Source of the DNA: the human T2T-CHM13v2.0 reference genome, Homo sapiens
Length of the DNA: 64,000 bases
Strand: one strand, 5' to 3'
Assembly: GCF_009914755.1 (NCBI RefSeq)
Contig: NC_060935.1
Positions 27,287-39,880 of the stretch are shown here, one piece after another. Below the pieces are notes generated by a model. It worked only from the letters and a program-made list of their open reading frames with translations, had not been told where the DNA came from and made no database searches. How positions within the stretch are numbered: the first letter of the stretch is position 1; each line of letters opens with the position of its first letter. Made by a program: the position numbers and the translations under genes.

Positions 27287-28854
27287 CAGAGTAAGTGTGG
27301 CCTTAAAGGTTGGAGAACTTGAGGATATAAAGTTTACATTGAGAAGCCAGGGAACACTGACAAATCCAAGTCCATCCAGACAATATTGCTTATCTACTCT
27401 CTGTGACACTGATGCTCAGAAGAGGAAGCTACAACAATTTATCTGAGCATGCAGACATATAGTAAAGATGCATCTTCCATAAACTGAAAAATGTACACTA
27501 CTTTTTTTATGTGTTCAGCCATATAACATCATAATTATCCCATTTCTGGTTCAATGCTCAATGGAAAATTATAATGTTTTATGAATAATTGAAGCTGACT
27601 GAATCATGTACATTTTTATCAGGGCTAATTCTGATGTTTCATACCAAGGTTTGGCATCAAAAGGCTAAATATAGTTGGAAAAAGAATTATTAATTCACAT
27701 CTCATAAGAAAAACTGCAAGTAGAAGATGAGTATTTTGAAGATGTTTTCACTGTCGGTGGTGGAGAAATCAGAGGAAGAGTAAGTTGTACTCACATGAGA
27801 ATACATCTCATACACCATTAAAGTACAGAAACATTTTCTATCATATAAATGCTCCTATTATATTAAAATAAGTTATTGCGTAACTATTGCACCTATAAAA
27901 GGGACACCCGAAGTATCTGAAGTCAATTCTAAAGTCAGTTATATAAGTAACAGGCAAATCTGGAAATATGGAATCCAGAATAAATGAGGCTACTTTGGAA
28001 AATGGGGGTGAAATTTTATCCCAACTATTATGGAACCCACTAATCTCAGCTGGGCTTGTGGGTTCCTGGAATGATGATTACATTTCCTAGTCGTCTTTGC
28101 AGATATGTGCAACCTTACAACCAAGTTCTGGCCAAAGAAGTAGTGTGTACAACTTTGGAACAGTGTTTAAAAAGGGAAAAGGCATGATTTTCTCCTTTCT
28201 TTTCTTCTTTCTCTTAACTGATATGGATAATAACCGGAGCTTCAACAAGCATCTTGGACCATATACAACACCCCCAAGGGATGGCAGAGAAGAAAACTGG
28301 AGGAAACTTGTTCATATCCCTCTTGGATGCTGATCTCCAGTTTTTACATGAGACAACAAAAAGTTCTGATTTAAGCTGCCATATTTGGGTTTTCTTCCAC
28401 AAGACACTGAACCCAATTCTAATAAATACAAGGGGAAAAGTAAAACTGTCTCATGTTCCTGACCTGAGCTTTGGAGGATGTCAATTTCTAAGAAAGTGTT
28501 TCTTGGATGATACATTCAAAAATTAATAATCAACTCATGGAAATAAGCCAAGTACTAGAAAGTTGGAGATTCAAATAAATCATTTCTTTATCTCTGGGAC
28601 ACACAGGGGCTGGGACAGATTCTGTAAGATGCTGCAGAAAGTCACATCTTGTGGGCCAAACTGTTTAGATTCTTCCTACTGTGATTTCTTCCAACTCTCC
28701 ATATTTATTTCCCTGCTTTTCTCCTTGAGCAGTTAGCAAAATTTTGTTTTGTTTTGCCAGGGACAAAATTAAAAGAAGGACAAGAGCCTCCTGACACTGG
28801 CATACCTGTGTGAGGGTGACAGTAGAAATAAGCAAGAAACCCCTAAATGAGTAA

Positions 28855-29115
28855 TTCCCACCCCTGCTACACGAACAACACCTTCTTAGAACGAATATTT
28901 TGTGATCATCCCTTTGCTATACTAAAATAAAATTCAAAAATAATATAACCTATCTGCACATAAGAAGAAATCAATATAAGTATTAAACTATATTATAAAA
29001 GAAAAAATAAAAGGAAAATAGTTGATGATAATGGTCTTTCATAAGTAAATGCTCAAGTATGATCATGCTAGAAGACAAAAGTGCCCCCACATTTTCAAAA
29101 TGCTCCCCAGGGAAT
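28855..29115. mobile_element. MER20B-like hAT relic, internally deleted
   Basis: 'aaaattcaaaaataatataacctatctgcacataa...taaatgctcaagtatg...agaagaca' joined directly to terminal-like 'gcccccacattttcaaaatgctcccc'. Confidence 0.55.
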
Positions 29116-29283
29116 GTATAGTATGCAATGCCCTATACGATATGGCATTTTCCTACCTTGGAAAGTGATAAAACTTCAGGGTCAGAATGATGTCTCTTCC
29201 TTCTCTACAAGAGCCTCTCCTTCCAAGGACGACCTTAAAGTTCTTGGTTTTATTTTCTTAAGAAACATAACATTTTCTTACAG

Positions 29284-29523
29284 CAGTGTTACTTCAAATG
29301 TGTTCTGTAGCAAGTGAACTTCCTGTGAACAGGTGTTATGTTAAAGAAAAATTGTACTCTAATTGTTTAAGAAATATTAGTTCCAAATTAAATATTTTGT
29401 CTTGCTTTATGACATTTCAGAGTCTTGAAGTTGTCACCGTGCATTGACAATCTAACTCCCAAAAGTATTTTATCACAGAATCCTTTTCCACTGGGTCCAT
29501 GGAAGAAACCTAGAAAACACTAC
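29284..29523. mobile_element. MER103C-like hAT-Charlie MITE
   Basis: Terminal 'cagtgttacttcaaatgtgttctg' ... 'gaaaacacta'; internal 'cagagtctt...gtgcattg', 'cccaaaagtattttatcacagaatcc'. Confidence 0.6.
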
Positions 29524-30689
29524 CTTACATCCTGCCAAGGAGTGCATCAACACAGACAAGAGAGGCTTTTTGGAGGATCACAAATCTACTTCTGAAAGAC
29601 AGTCTTTAGTTGACTAATTGATTTTGCATGAAAGTGGCCATGTAAAGCTGACCTGGAAGTCATGAATTTCACCACATCTCACTTAACTGTCATGACAGAA
29701 AGGCAAATGGGTAGAAACAATCTGACATCAGAGGTGTTTCCAGAAAAGCACAATTTTAATGTTGCTAGTGGTACTGACACATATTTGAGCTCATATTTTA
29801 CATCACATGGATCTATAGCTATTTTAACAAGACGTTACAGATTTTATCTGTTCATAATATTGACAATGAGGCATTAGAAAAGGATATATGTTGATCAATA
29901 TCTTTAAAGCGCATATTTTTCTAGTAGCTTCAATAATATTTACCATGTCTGAAATTTCTATTTAGTATAGTGACATTTTTACAATCACTGTTTTATGTCA
30001 TCCACACAACCCTTCAATGAGCTATCATTAGTCCCATCTTTCAGATAAAGAACCTGTATCTCAGTGTGGGTAAGTGCCAACGTCATAGAATTTTTTAGTT
30101 GCAGAACTTGGACATAGCCTACGTCTATCCTGCCCTGCAGCCCATGTTTATTCCACTGCCTCCCTTAATCAAGGGAAAATTTTTAGAATGTTTTCCATTA
30201 AAAAAAATCAGTTACAGCAATTACAAGTTAACCATCAGTTATCAGGAAAACAGCCATCCACAGATACCCAGAATCACTCATTCCTTGAGGGTACGATAGC
30301 CCATGGTTTCATGTACATATTTGAATTGACAAACCTCCTCTGAACTGCTGAAAAGTTTACGAGGTCTAAAATACCATCATGTTTTTCTTCCTCCCTCATC
30401 GTCACCTGGTTTAAACTTCAAGGTGTGTTCTTTGAAAAACACTTGTTTCCAGTGACTCATTTTGAAATCACTGATTTCATCTTCCTTGTTCTTTGCAAAG
30501 CCAGGAAAAGAGATCAAGACCACATTGTTTTCACCTTCAAAAACACTTGCCCTGTAACCGGAAGAGTCCAGAACTGTTTTTGTTAATTCGTTGAATAATG
30601 TGTTCTTGTTTCATCTTTTCACAAGAGCAGAAATCCACTCTCAGAATAGGGCTCCCTGCTTGCCATCTGCTTATCCACCAGCAATTTTC

Positions 30690-31620
30690 AACCAACCTGT
30701 TTGGAAAGGATTCACTTATGCAGTCAACACATTTATTGAGCATCTACTTTGTACCAGACACTGTTCTACATTCTGAGAATACAGAAATGAGATAGATGCA
30801 ACATTTTGTCCTTAGAGTTTTTACTTTAATGAGAGAGATATAATGAAAAACATACAAATAAAAATGATTATTCTAGATAGTGAAAACACTCATGAAGAAA
30901 AATTTAAAAGGGTGGCATAGCATAGAGTGAGTCAGGTGAAAGATTTCTTTAGATTGGGTGGTCAGGGACAGCTTTCTGAGGAGGAAACATTTGAGCTGAG
31001 ATTAGAATGTTAATGAGACAGCAATGACAGGATTTGGAGGAAGAGTCCCAGAAGAGCCTTAAGATGAGAACAAAATTGGTGGGGATGAGGAATGGAAAGG
31101 AGGCAGATGCAGCTGGAAAGGGGTAAGGGAAGAGAAAACAGTTGATGAGGTCAGAGATGCTATTAGGGCCCAGCACCTGTGGTAGAGAATTTTAATTTTA
31201 TCCCAACTGCAGTGAAAAGACATTAAAGAATTTTGAGGCTGCTGTTTAGAGAGCTGATTACATATTGGCAAAAATGGAGCAGAAAGACCAGTTAGGGGCA
31301 ACTGCAGTAGTTCAGGTGAGAAATTACAATGCCTGGACTAGGTAGTCCACGAAGATGGGAGGAAGTAAATGTCTTTCATGATAGAACAGCCAGCATGTGC
31401 TCATAAATTGCACGAAAAAAAATGGGACTGGATTGTTATGCTAGTGACATTTTCTGAATTCAGGAAGACTAGGAGAGAATAGATTTGGGAGAGGGATGGG
31501 AAATCAAGTGAAGTATTGGAAATGTTGACTTGGAGATTCCTATTCATCATCTAAACAGAGATGTCAAGAAGCTGACTGTACAAGAGGTCAAAGAAGGGGT
31601 TCATAGCTGAAGATATGTAG
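30690..31620 (-). mobile_element. L2
   Basis: 'caacacatttattgagcatctactttgtaccagacactgttcta', 'ggagaccagttagg'-like, 'ggagattcctattcatcatctaaacagagatgtcaag'. Confidence 0.85.
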
Positions 31621-31663
31621 AGTATCTCATAAGACCCCTGAGGGCACACCCCTTGCAAAGCCC

Positions 31664-31778
31664 AACCCCAGATTTCAAACACAGTCTTTCCCAGTTTCGC
31701 ATTGGGAAACTGGAATGGGAAGCTGGGCAAGATTGCGTAATGGGAAACCGGGAAAGACTGTGTTTGAAATCTGGAGTT
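31664..31778. repeat. Long inverted repeat (hairpin)
   Basis: Arms 31668-31703 and 31739-31774 are reverse complements at 34/36 positions; 35-nt spacer. Confidence 0.95.
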
Positions 31779-32358
31779 TAACTGATCCTATCTTAGTATT
31801 AATTCTCCATTAAAGTACTTAGTCTCCATCTGATTTCCCTCTAAATGGGGTCTTTATAAGCTCTCTTCCTTTGTTACCAGGGTCTTCTTAAATGCAAACA
31901 GAATAGGCACCTACACCAAACAGAATGAAGTTGCAAGTATTCTTAAGTGAGAAGATAACTTGCATTCTAAGACAAGCTAGATGACATCCACAGAGTTCTT
32001 AAGAAGGATTGTTTCCAACAACAGTCTGACCTACTGACTCTTTCACCAGTCTTCACCTCTTCTTCATCCACCACTTGCACTCTTTATTTTCCCTTTTGAG
32101 GAACCTATCTGTCTTTATTTCAACCAACAGCCACCTAGTCAACCCTTGGATGTTAAAAGTTTACTCATCTCGAGATATATTTGCTTTTTACCTGGGAGAC
32201 TGAAGAGGCAACAGATCTTGAAGATCAAATAAATGACTCTCAGATAGTAGGATTTCAAGTAGGACCTCTCTAATCTCAACGCATGGGCTGGTTCCTTTCC
32301 TGTGGCCTGCTCTGTCCATTTTTTTTTCATATTTTCCATCTTAAAAATTCCCCTCCCC

Positions 32359-32715
32359 AGGAAACTGTGACACATGCTACAACATGGATGAACCAGGAGG
32401 ATATCATATTAAGTGAAATAAACAAATCACAAAATGACAAATGCTGTATGATTCCACTTAGATGAGGTACCTAGAGTAGTCAAACTCCTAGAAACAGAAA
32501 GTAGAATGACGGTTGTCAGGGGCTGGGAGGAGAAAGAAACGAGGAATTGTTATTCACAGGTAACAGAGGTTCAGTTTTGCAACATGAGAAAGTTCTGGAG
32601 ATTGGTTGCACAAGAACATGAATATACTTAACACTTCTGAACTGCACACTGAAAAGCGGTTAGAATGGCGAATTTTATGTGAAATCACAATTTGGAGGTG
32701 TTTTTTAATTATTAA
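32359..32715 (+). mobile_element. L1MB 3' end fragment
   Basis: 'acacatgctacaacatggatgaacc', 'gaggtacctagagtagtcaaa', 'aaagttctggagattggttgcac'. Confidence 0.9.
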
Positions 32716-32724
32716 AGCTAAAAG

Positions 32725-33050
32725 AGCAAGTCAGAGAGATGTGAAGCATAAAAGGGATTCAACACGCTGTGGCTTTGAAGATGGAGGAGTCTGCAGAATG
32801 AAGAATTCATGTGGCCTCTGTAGGGTGGGCTCAACCAGCAAACAGGAACCTCAGTCCTGTAAACATGAGAAACTATGAGGAACTGAATTATGACAACCTG
32901 AAAGAACCTGGAAATGTAGTCTTCCCCAGATCCTGCATATAAGAGCCAGTCTAACACCCTGATTTCAGCCTTGAGAGACCCCCAGCAGAGAACACAGTTG
33001 AGTAATATACAGATCTGTGAGAAAATAAATGGACATTTTACACCACTAAA
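32725..33050 (+). mobile_element. MLT1D/E-like MaLR LTR fragment
   Basis: 'ggctttgaagatggagg', 'ggaacctcagtcct', 'ccctgatttcagccttgagagacc', 'ctgtgagaaaataaatgg'. Confidence 0.85.
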
Positions 33051-33059
33051 AAAAAGATC

Positions 33060-34270
33060 CCTTGTTTTAACCTCAAGCTCCTCTCTTCCATGAGCTACCA
33101 TCTCATTTCTCCTTTACAGACATACTATTTGACATTCAGTATCTACTTCATCTCTTTCATTGCTTATACTTTCCCCCAAAATGTCAGTGACTTTCTTTAG
33201 TTCCCAGTTCCAATGGGCATTCTAAACGTTTTCTATTACTTGACCTTTGTGGTACTTGATGCTCCTGACTACTTAGTCCTTTATGAAATATTTTCTCCCT
33301 TGGATTCTGTAACCCACTCTTCTGGTTTCTCTAACCTCTTTTGCTGTTTCTTCCCGAGCTCCTTTGTAGATTCTACTGTCTCTAGTTAACTCTCAAATTT
33401 GTTGTCCTCCAGGGCTCTTTTATTTACCCTAGCTTCTCTCCTTCATGTACTCTTTCTGGGGATTTTTATCCTCATTCACAACTTCCACTCTTACCTATGT
33501 ATGTTATTATTGGCTCCAAACATATTTCTCTGGCTTGTACCTCTTGGCTAAACTCCAGATCTGTATATCCAACTGTGTATGGGGCATCTCCACCTAGAAA
33601 GCCCAAAGATCTTCAAATTAATATGTCTAAATCATTCTTTCCTTATCAAAGCTGCACCTTTTCTTGCATTTGCCATCTTGATGAATATCAGTCTTCCAAA
33701 TTTAATCACTCAAACTAGAAGACAAGAGATGTTGTCTATACTCCTCTTTGCCCCTCAAAACCTCTGCCACAATCCATCCACTTATCCAATTCTAAGAGAT
33801 TCCACCTCCAAACTGTCTCTTGAATATGTCCCCATCCCACCCTTCTATATCTACTGTTACTTTCTTAGTCCGTGATCTAATCACTTCACACTTGATTATG
33901 GCAATTGCTTCCTGTTTTCTTATTTCCTAAATTGTCACCCTATTTTCAGTTTGCCCCACTGCAATTCATTCTCCACCCTGGAGCAATCTTTCTAAAATGC
34001 AATTTTCTTCATTAAATTCCTTTAATAGCTCTGCATTTGTTCAGGATAAAGCTCAAATTCTTTTTCTTAGTATCTAATGCCTTACAAGATATGGCACTTG
34101 CCTAATTCACAAACTATCCCTCTGTCTATGTACATACTTGGGACATACTAAATTCTTACCAACTTAGTAATATGTCAAGCTGTTTCTTATCTGCACTCCT
34201 TTGGACATGTTTTGCTTATCCATAATTACCAACTCATTCTTCAAATTTTAGCTTAGTTATTATTCCCTTG
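33060..34270 (+). mobile_element. L2
   Basis: Pyrimidine-rich L2 ORF2/3' sequence ('ctccagatctgtatatccaactg', 'cattctccaccctggagcaatctttctaaaatgca'). Confidence 0.8.
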
Positions 34271-34282
34271 AAATATCTATTC

Positions 34283-35245
34283 TACTTAAACAATTCAACA
34301 AGCAAAAAACAAATAACTCCATTAAAAATAGGCAAAGGGGCCAGGCACAGTGGCTCACTCCTGTAATCCCAGCACTTGGGAGGCCAAGAGGGGCAGATCA
34401 CTTGAGATCGGAAGTTTGAGACCAGCAGACGCTCTCAAAAGAAGATATACAAGTGGCCAGCAAACATGAAAAAATGCTCAGCATCAGTAATCATCAGAGC
34501 AATGCAAATCAAAACCACAATGAGATACCATCTCACACCAGTCAGAATGGCTATTATTAAAAAGTCAAAAAACAACAGATGCTAGCGAGACTGCAGAGAA
34601 AAGGGAACACTGTTGATGGGAATGCAAATTAGTCCAGCCACTGAGGAAAGCAGTCTGGAGATTTCTCAAAGAACTTAAAACATTAAAACAGAGCTATTAT
34701 TTGACTCAACAACCCCACTGCTGGGTATATACTCAAAGGAAAATAAATCATTCTACCAAAAAGACACATTCACTCATATGTTTATTGCTGCACTATTCAC
34801 AATAGAAAAGACATGGAATCAATCCAGGTGCCCATCAATGGTAGATTGGATAAAGAAAATCTGGTACATATGCACCATGGAATACTATGCAGCCTTAAAA
34901 AAGAATAAAATCATGTCCTGTGCAACAACATGGATGCAGTTAGAAGCCATAGTACTAAGAGAATTAATGCAGGAACAGAAAACAAAACACTGCATATTCT
35001 CACTTACAAGTGGTAGCTAAATATTGAGCACACATGGACATAAATATGGGAACAACAGATGAACAATAGACACTGGGAACTACTAGAGGGGGGAGTTCAA
35101 AAACTACCTATTGGGTACTATGCTCACTACCTCGGATGATGGGATCCATACTCCAAAATTTATCATCATGCAATATTTACATGTAACAAACCTACACCTG
35201 TACCCTCTTGTGTCTAAAATAAAAGTTGAAATTTTTTTTAAAAAA
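34283..35245 (+). mobile_element. 5'-truncated L1PA16/L1PB-like 3' end
   Basis: ORF2 C-terminus 'MFIAALFTIEKTWNQSRCPSMVDWIKKIWYICTMEYYAALKKN...FSLTSGS' (34778-35020) plus 3' UTR. Confidence 0.95.
34339..34426 (+). mobile_element. Alu 5' fragment (88 bp of left arm) inside L1
   Basis: GGCCAGGCACAGTGGCTCAC...GAGACCAGC, after which the L1 resumes. Confidence 0.93.
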
Positions 35246-35944
35246 TTAAATCAATGGTATTTTCTCTTTCTCCCAACAACTGATGTGCACACCTGGTCAA
35301 TTAAGCAGTTATCTTCCCAGCAATTCTAACGCTTACACATGTGGATGTTCAAATAAAATATCATAAAGCTAGTTTCAGACTCTATTTTGAAAAGTAGCTC
35401 TTTCTTTTAATCATACTTGGAATTTTAAAATTTGTGGCAGAATGACCCAGAAAAAGGGTACTAGAAGGAGTACAGTGAATTTATCGAATGCTTCAGTGGG
35501 GTGCAGCAAGTTGAGCATTTAAGACTCTGAGCTCTCATCCCCATTTCAAGCTTTGTAGCATCACTTTGATCTATCTTACTGCTTTGGAATATGTTATTTG
35601 GGGAAAAAAATTTTACTTGAAATAAAGTTAGAAAACTATTTGGATTATAAAAGTGAATTTTCTATGATCTGTGTATGAACCTATTTTCCTTTTGGGAAAT
35701 TTCCTTGTGGACCCTCCTTGCACATCTGCTACTTGAAACAAGGTTGTTCTTCTTTTGTTCACCAGATTCTTTCTGCAATTCGCTGAGGACTATAAGCCTG
35801 AAATAGAAAATAGATTTATAGCTTTATTATAATGCAATACTTTGAATTTAGGCACAACTAATATGTTTGAATTGTCTCCGCAGGATTGTTGGGTTAGAGA
35901 TACAGAATAGTGGCCCTGAAGTTACCCTCCCTGTGTTTACATTG

Positions 35945-36160
35945 TAGCTCTGCTAATTTCTAGTTGTGTGACCTTAGAAAAATCAGCTCATCTCTGTGCA
36001 CCTCTAGCTCCATCTCTGTAAAATGAAGTTAATAACAGAAGCTATTTTATAGCACTGTGGTAAGGATTAAATGAGTTAATATATGTGAAGCTTTCTGAAG
36101 AGCCCTTGGCACATAGTACTGAGCTCAATAATTGATAGCTGTTGTACTATTATTATTACT
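35945..36160 (+). mobile_element. MIR
   Basis: 'gttgtgtgacctt', 'catctctgtaaaatg', 'ggattaaatgagttaatatatgtgaagc', 'tggcacatagta'. Confidence 0.88.
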
Positions 36161-37652
36161 TACACATGGACATCCCAATCCTTGAACGTATGGTATTATT
36201 CATAAGGGCCAGCACTATTCCTAGCCAGCTCCATAAAAATGAGAGCTGTATGGTTTTCTCTTCTTAGCAGCCTGAAGCAACAAAGCATACATCTAGTCCT
36301 TGCCTTTATGGATATCCACTTGCAGGACTGGAAATTCTTGCCTGATCAATCACTGTAGAACTCAATTGTTTAAGAACTCAGAAGCTTCCAGAATAATGCT
36401 CATCTATCCTCTCTACCTTGTATGTGCTGTTCCCTGCCTTTGAGATCCTCTCTTGTCTTCTCCATTGGACCAGAAGAGGATAGAAGGTGGCCCTAAACCT
36501 TGCTTTTGTTTTTCTTATATTAGGACACAAAGTTGAGTAAGACAGAGTCCCCTGGAAGACTTTCAGTTAAGAAGGAATGACAGTCCAGTGAACCTGTGGT
36601 TACAATAAAAGTTTAAGAGTTTTTATGGCAGTGGATAATATTTTTTAATTTATTAATGATTTTCTTCACTCTTCCTTGCATAAGGCTGTGCTCTACTAAA
36701 CCAGATACACTGTTACCTCTAGGAAGATTTTGTTTTAACTAGAATGCAAAGAAAAGGCCACCATTCAGCATTTGATTTGCAACAGAGAATCATGAGGCCC
36801 ATGGCAAAGCTGTGGTCATGAAAACCAGGGTTTTCTCAGAAATCAAGGTACTTCTAAAGGTAAACAACTTCTCTTTCCATATCAGGAGCAAAACTTGAAA
36901 TTTGAAACATATGATTTTACTATAACCTTTAGATAGTAAAGCTTATATTATATTATATTATATTACTATGTTGTAAAGCTCTTATCTTTACTGTCTAAGT
37001 GAACCTTAGATAGTAAAGATAAACCTCCAAATTGTCTGAGTTTCAAGTAAAGCTTAGATAATAAAGACAAAAATTTTTCTTTAGAGAAATTTAAGGATTA
37101 TGATTTAAGGGAAGTTGCCATCTATCCAAGGAGTAAAAATAAAGTGGAAAGGACCTCTGACTTGAGGGATAGAAATCAGACAGGGAGAGCTACAGAAGAC
37201 TAGACAAGGGAGAAGATGATCATGAGTCCCTGAGTTTATCCCCAGCACAGGGGCCAGGTATATAGAGACTGGAGGGTTTTGCAGCAGCAGAAATTGCCAC
37301 AAAACTCCAGGCACATTGAGACAGAACCCACAAGCATTTTTTCCATGCTAGTGCCCTGCTTTCCTAGGCTATCCAAGCTGGCCTTGGAGTGGTAGAACAA
37401 CAAAGGGAAGTGTCCACAGAGACAGGCCTGCTATGGGACAACTGACTCCCATGGTGCTCATATGATGTGGAAGGAGTCCAGAAGCTCCTGAATGCCTCCG
37501 GGAATGTGGACCATGAGTGCTGGCTGGTGAACTTACTCAAGGCAACGATGGGCCAAGCTGGGGATGGAATGGAGTCACTGGGAATCTGAAGCACCGCGAG
37601 AGCCAGCGTGGGGCCTGATCAACAAGAGGTGATGGCCAAACACTTTGGATAC

Positions 37653-38387
37653 TGTTTCAGAGCAACACGCAAACCATGTTTTCCTCTGCCCTCATACCAC
37701 AACAACAATCATCAACACAGAAGAAGACTTCTGTGACCAAAGTGTGGGGGTTTTTCCCCGGGTATCCTCCAATCAGTTCTAACATTATGTACCCAGAAAC
37801 AGCAACAGATATCACATATGGAGGGCTCAGTCCTACAAGTCTGCCCCCTTCTCCCACCAGCCTCAAGTCCAGGCCTCCAGAACTCCTGACCGATCAGCTT
37901 CAAGTTGGGGTTCCCATGACCCTATCTTTGGGTTTGATTTATTTATTAGAGCAGCTCATAGAACTTACAGAAACATATTTACTGGTATGTTATGAAGGAT
38001 ATTTTAAAGAATACAAATAAACAGCCAAATGAAGAGATACATAGGGAAGGTCTGGAAGCATGGACAACTGTGTCACAATGTGACTGTACAGAAAGGATAT
38101 GACCTGAATAAACCCAGCAAGGCCTGCCTGCTCAGGGTTTTCTGGATCTCTCTGTGCAGCATTCCTTCCTGCGGAGTATGGGGTAGAACCCACTCTGGAA
38201 TGAGGTTCTCATGACCCACAATCAGATGAGAGTCCTGCCTTGGGCAGGTGAAAAGAAGGCAGGAGAAGGTCAGAGAGAGAGATTCCATTTTCTGAGGCCT
38301 GTTCCTAAGGCCTAAAGTACCCCAACATTGTGACAAAAGAATATAACAAAGATTATGAGGTTTCTGAGCTAGGAACTGTATATGAAA

Positions 38388-38442
<55 letters not shown>

Positions 38443-38451
38443 CATATCACA
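37653..38451 (-). mobile_element. MER21 (MER21A-like) solo LTR
   Basis: Minus strand begins TGTGATAT and ends ACA; 'aacacagaagaagacttctgtgacc', 'gcttcaagttggggttcccatgacc', 'gagagtcctgccttgggcaggtg'. Confidence 0.8.
38391..38439 (+). repeat. (TG)24 microsatellite
   Basis: Perfect TG run inside the LTR 5' end. Confidence 0.97.
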
Positions 38452-38899
38452 AGAGCCATCATCATGCCTCACCCATCCTGGAAGAATACAACCTGAGTGG
38501 AGTTACAACAGCCATACGCTGCTCAGTAGCAGCTTTAATGTGAATAGAGGCTGACTCCCAAAGACCAGGTGGGATGAGCTTAACTAGAGCCCCAGAAGCA
38601 AGCAAAGAAGGACAGCACATAAATTGCCCACCTCTCCCCTGCTTCCTGGATACCATTAATTCACGCAAACCTTCCCTTGCTTCCAGACTCTATCTACTCC
38701 CTAGAGAGGGCAGTTAGAACATTTGAAGTGTCAGATTATTTATCCAAAACACACAGAGTTACCTTAAAATCCAGAGCCACATAAAATCAGCCACCCAAAA
38801 TTTGAAAAGTACATACTCTGGCCCATCTGCATCGTAGGTTATCAAATTTGACTCCTCTGTACTACAACTGAGTATGCACACTGCTATAGGAACTAAGAA

Positions 38900-39880
38900 G
38901 GTCATTTTTTTTCAGACGATGGAGTTAGAAAAGGCTTCCCACAGGAGTAACATTGGAGGTGAACTTTGAAGGGCAAGCAAGAATTATCCAGCTATGAAGA
39001 AACAGAAGTGTATTTCAAGAAATGCAAAAAACATGAGTCAAGGGACTCTGGTAAACTTAAGTACAGCTTGTTCAGGGAAAGCAAAGTTGTCCGAGAGAAG
39101 GATTGAGCTTCCATGCAAAAAGAAATCAGGTTGAACAGGAAGGCTGCAGGGCCTGCCTATGGCCGTGAGGGTTACTCCTAGGACCTCTGAGTGGTTGGAG
39201 GCTGAAAAACAGCCTTTGCCCTGCTCTCTAAGGGCCCTGTGTACTCTACAGCAGGACAGGGTACACCCTAAGGATGAGACCACCTTTTAGAATGCAAAAA
39301 GGCTTGATTCTTTAGCTGAGCCTTAAATCGCAAGGCTTCCTATGCCCAGAGGGGGTGACTTCTCAATTTTGCACAAAGTCATCGTGTAAATTAGCAGGGA
39401 TTCTTTAAATATGGTCAGATTATAGAAGGTCATGCAAATTTCTTTAAAGGATTTGGGTTTTAAGTAAGAACAGTGAGGAGCCACTGCAGGGTTCTGGGCA
39501 GGGGTATGACATGGCAAAAGAAATTATTCCAGCAGCAGCTGTCTGCAAGGCAGATTGGAGCCGAGAGACTCGGGAAGTTACCACAGTTGTCCAGGCATGA
39601 AGCAAAAAGGGAAATTTTACGGTATCCATGGCAACTGAAGGGGAAAAATATGAAAATTATTTTGAAGGCAGAAACAACGAACTTGATTACTGATTGGGTA
39701 TGAGTGCGTGGAAGAGGCAGCAGTAATAAATGACTCAGGGGTTTTGAGCTTAGGAAGCTATGAGAATAAACCTGAAATGGGGACGCTAATCAGGAGAGCT
39801 GCTTTGAGGGAGAAAAGAGAGTTTGGTTTAAGACATGTTGAATTTCACATAATGATGAAATGTAGAAGTGGAAATGCTCT
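38900..39880 (-). mobile_element. Fragmented L2
   Basis: 'ggagccactgcagggttctgggcaggggtatgacatg', 'aatgactcaggggttttgagct', 'gagtttggtttaagacatgttgaatt'. Confidence 0.65.

Noticed and set aside
26954-27446. ORFs with poly-Asn or poly-Leu (signal-peptide-like)
   Set aside because: Both come from the (TAT)n microsatellite.
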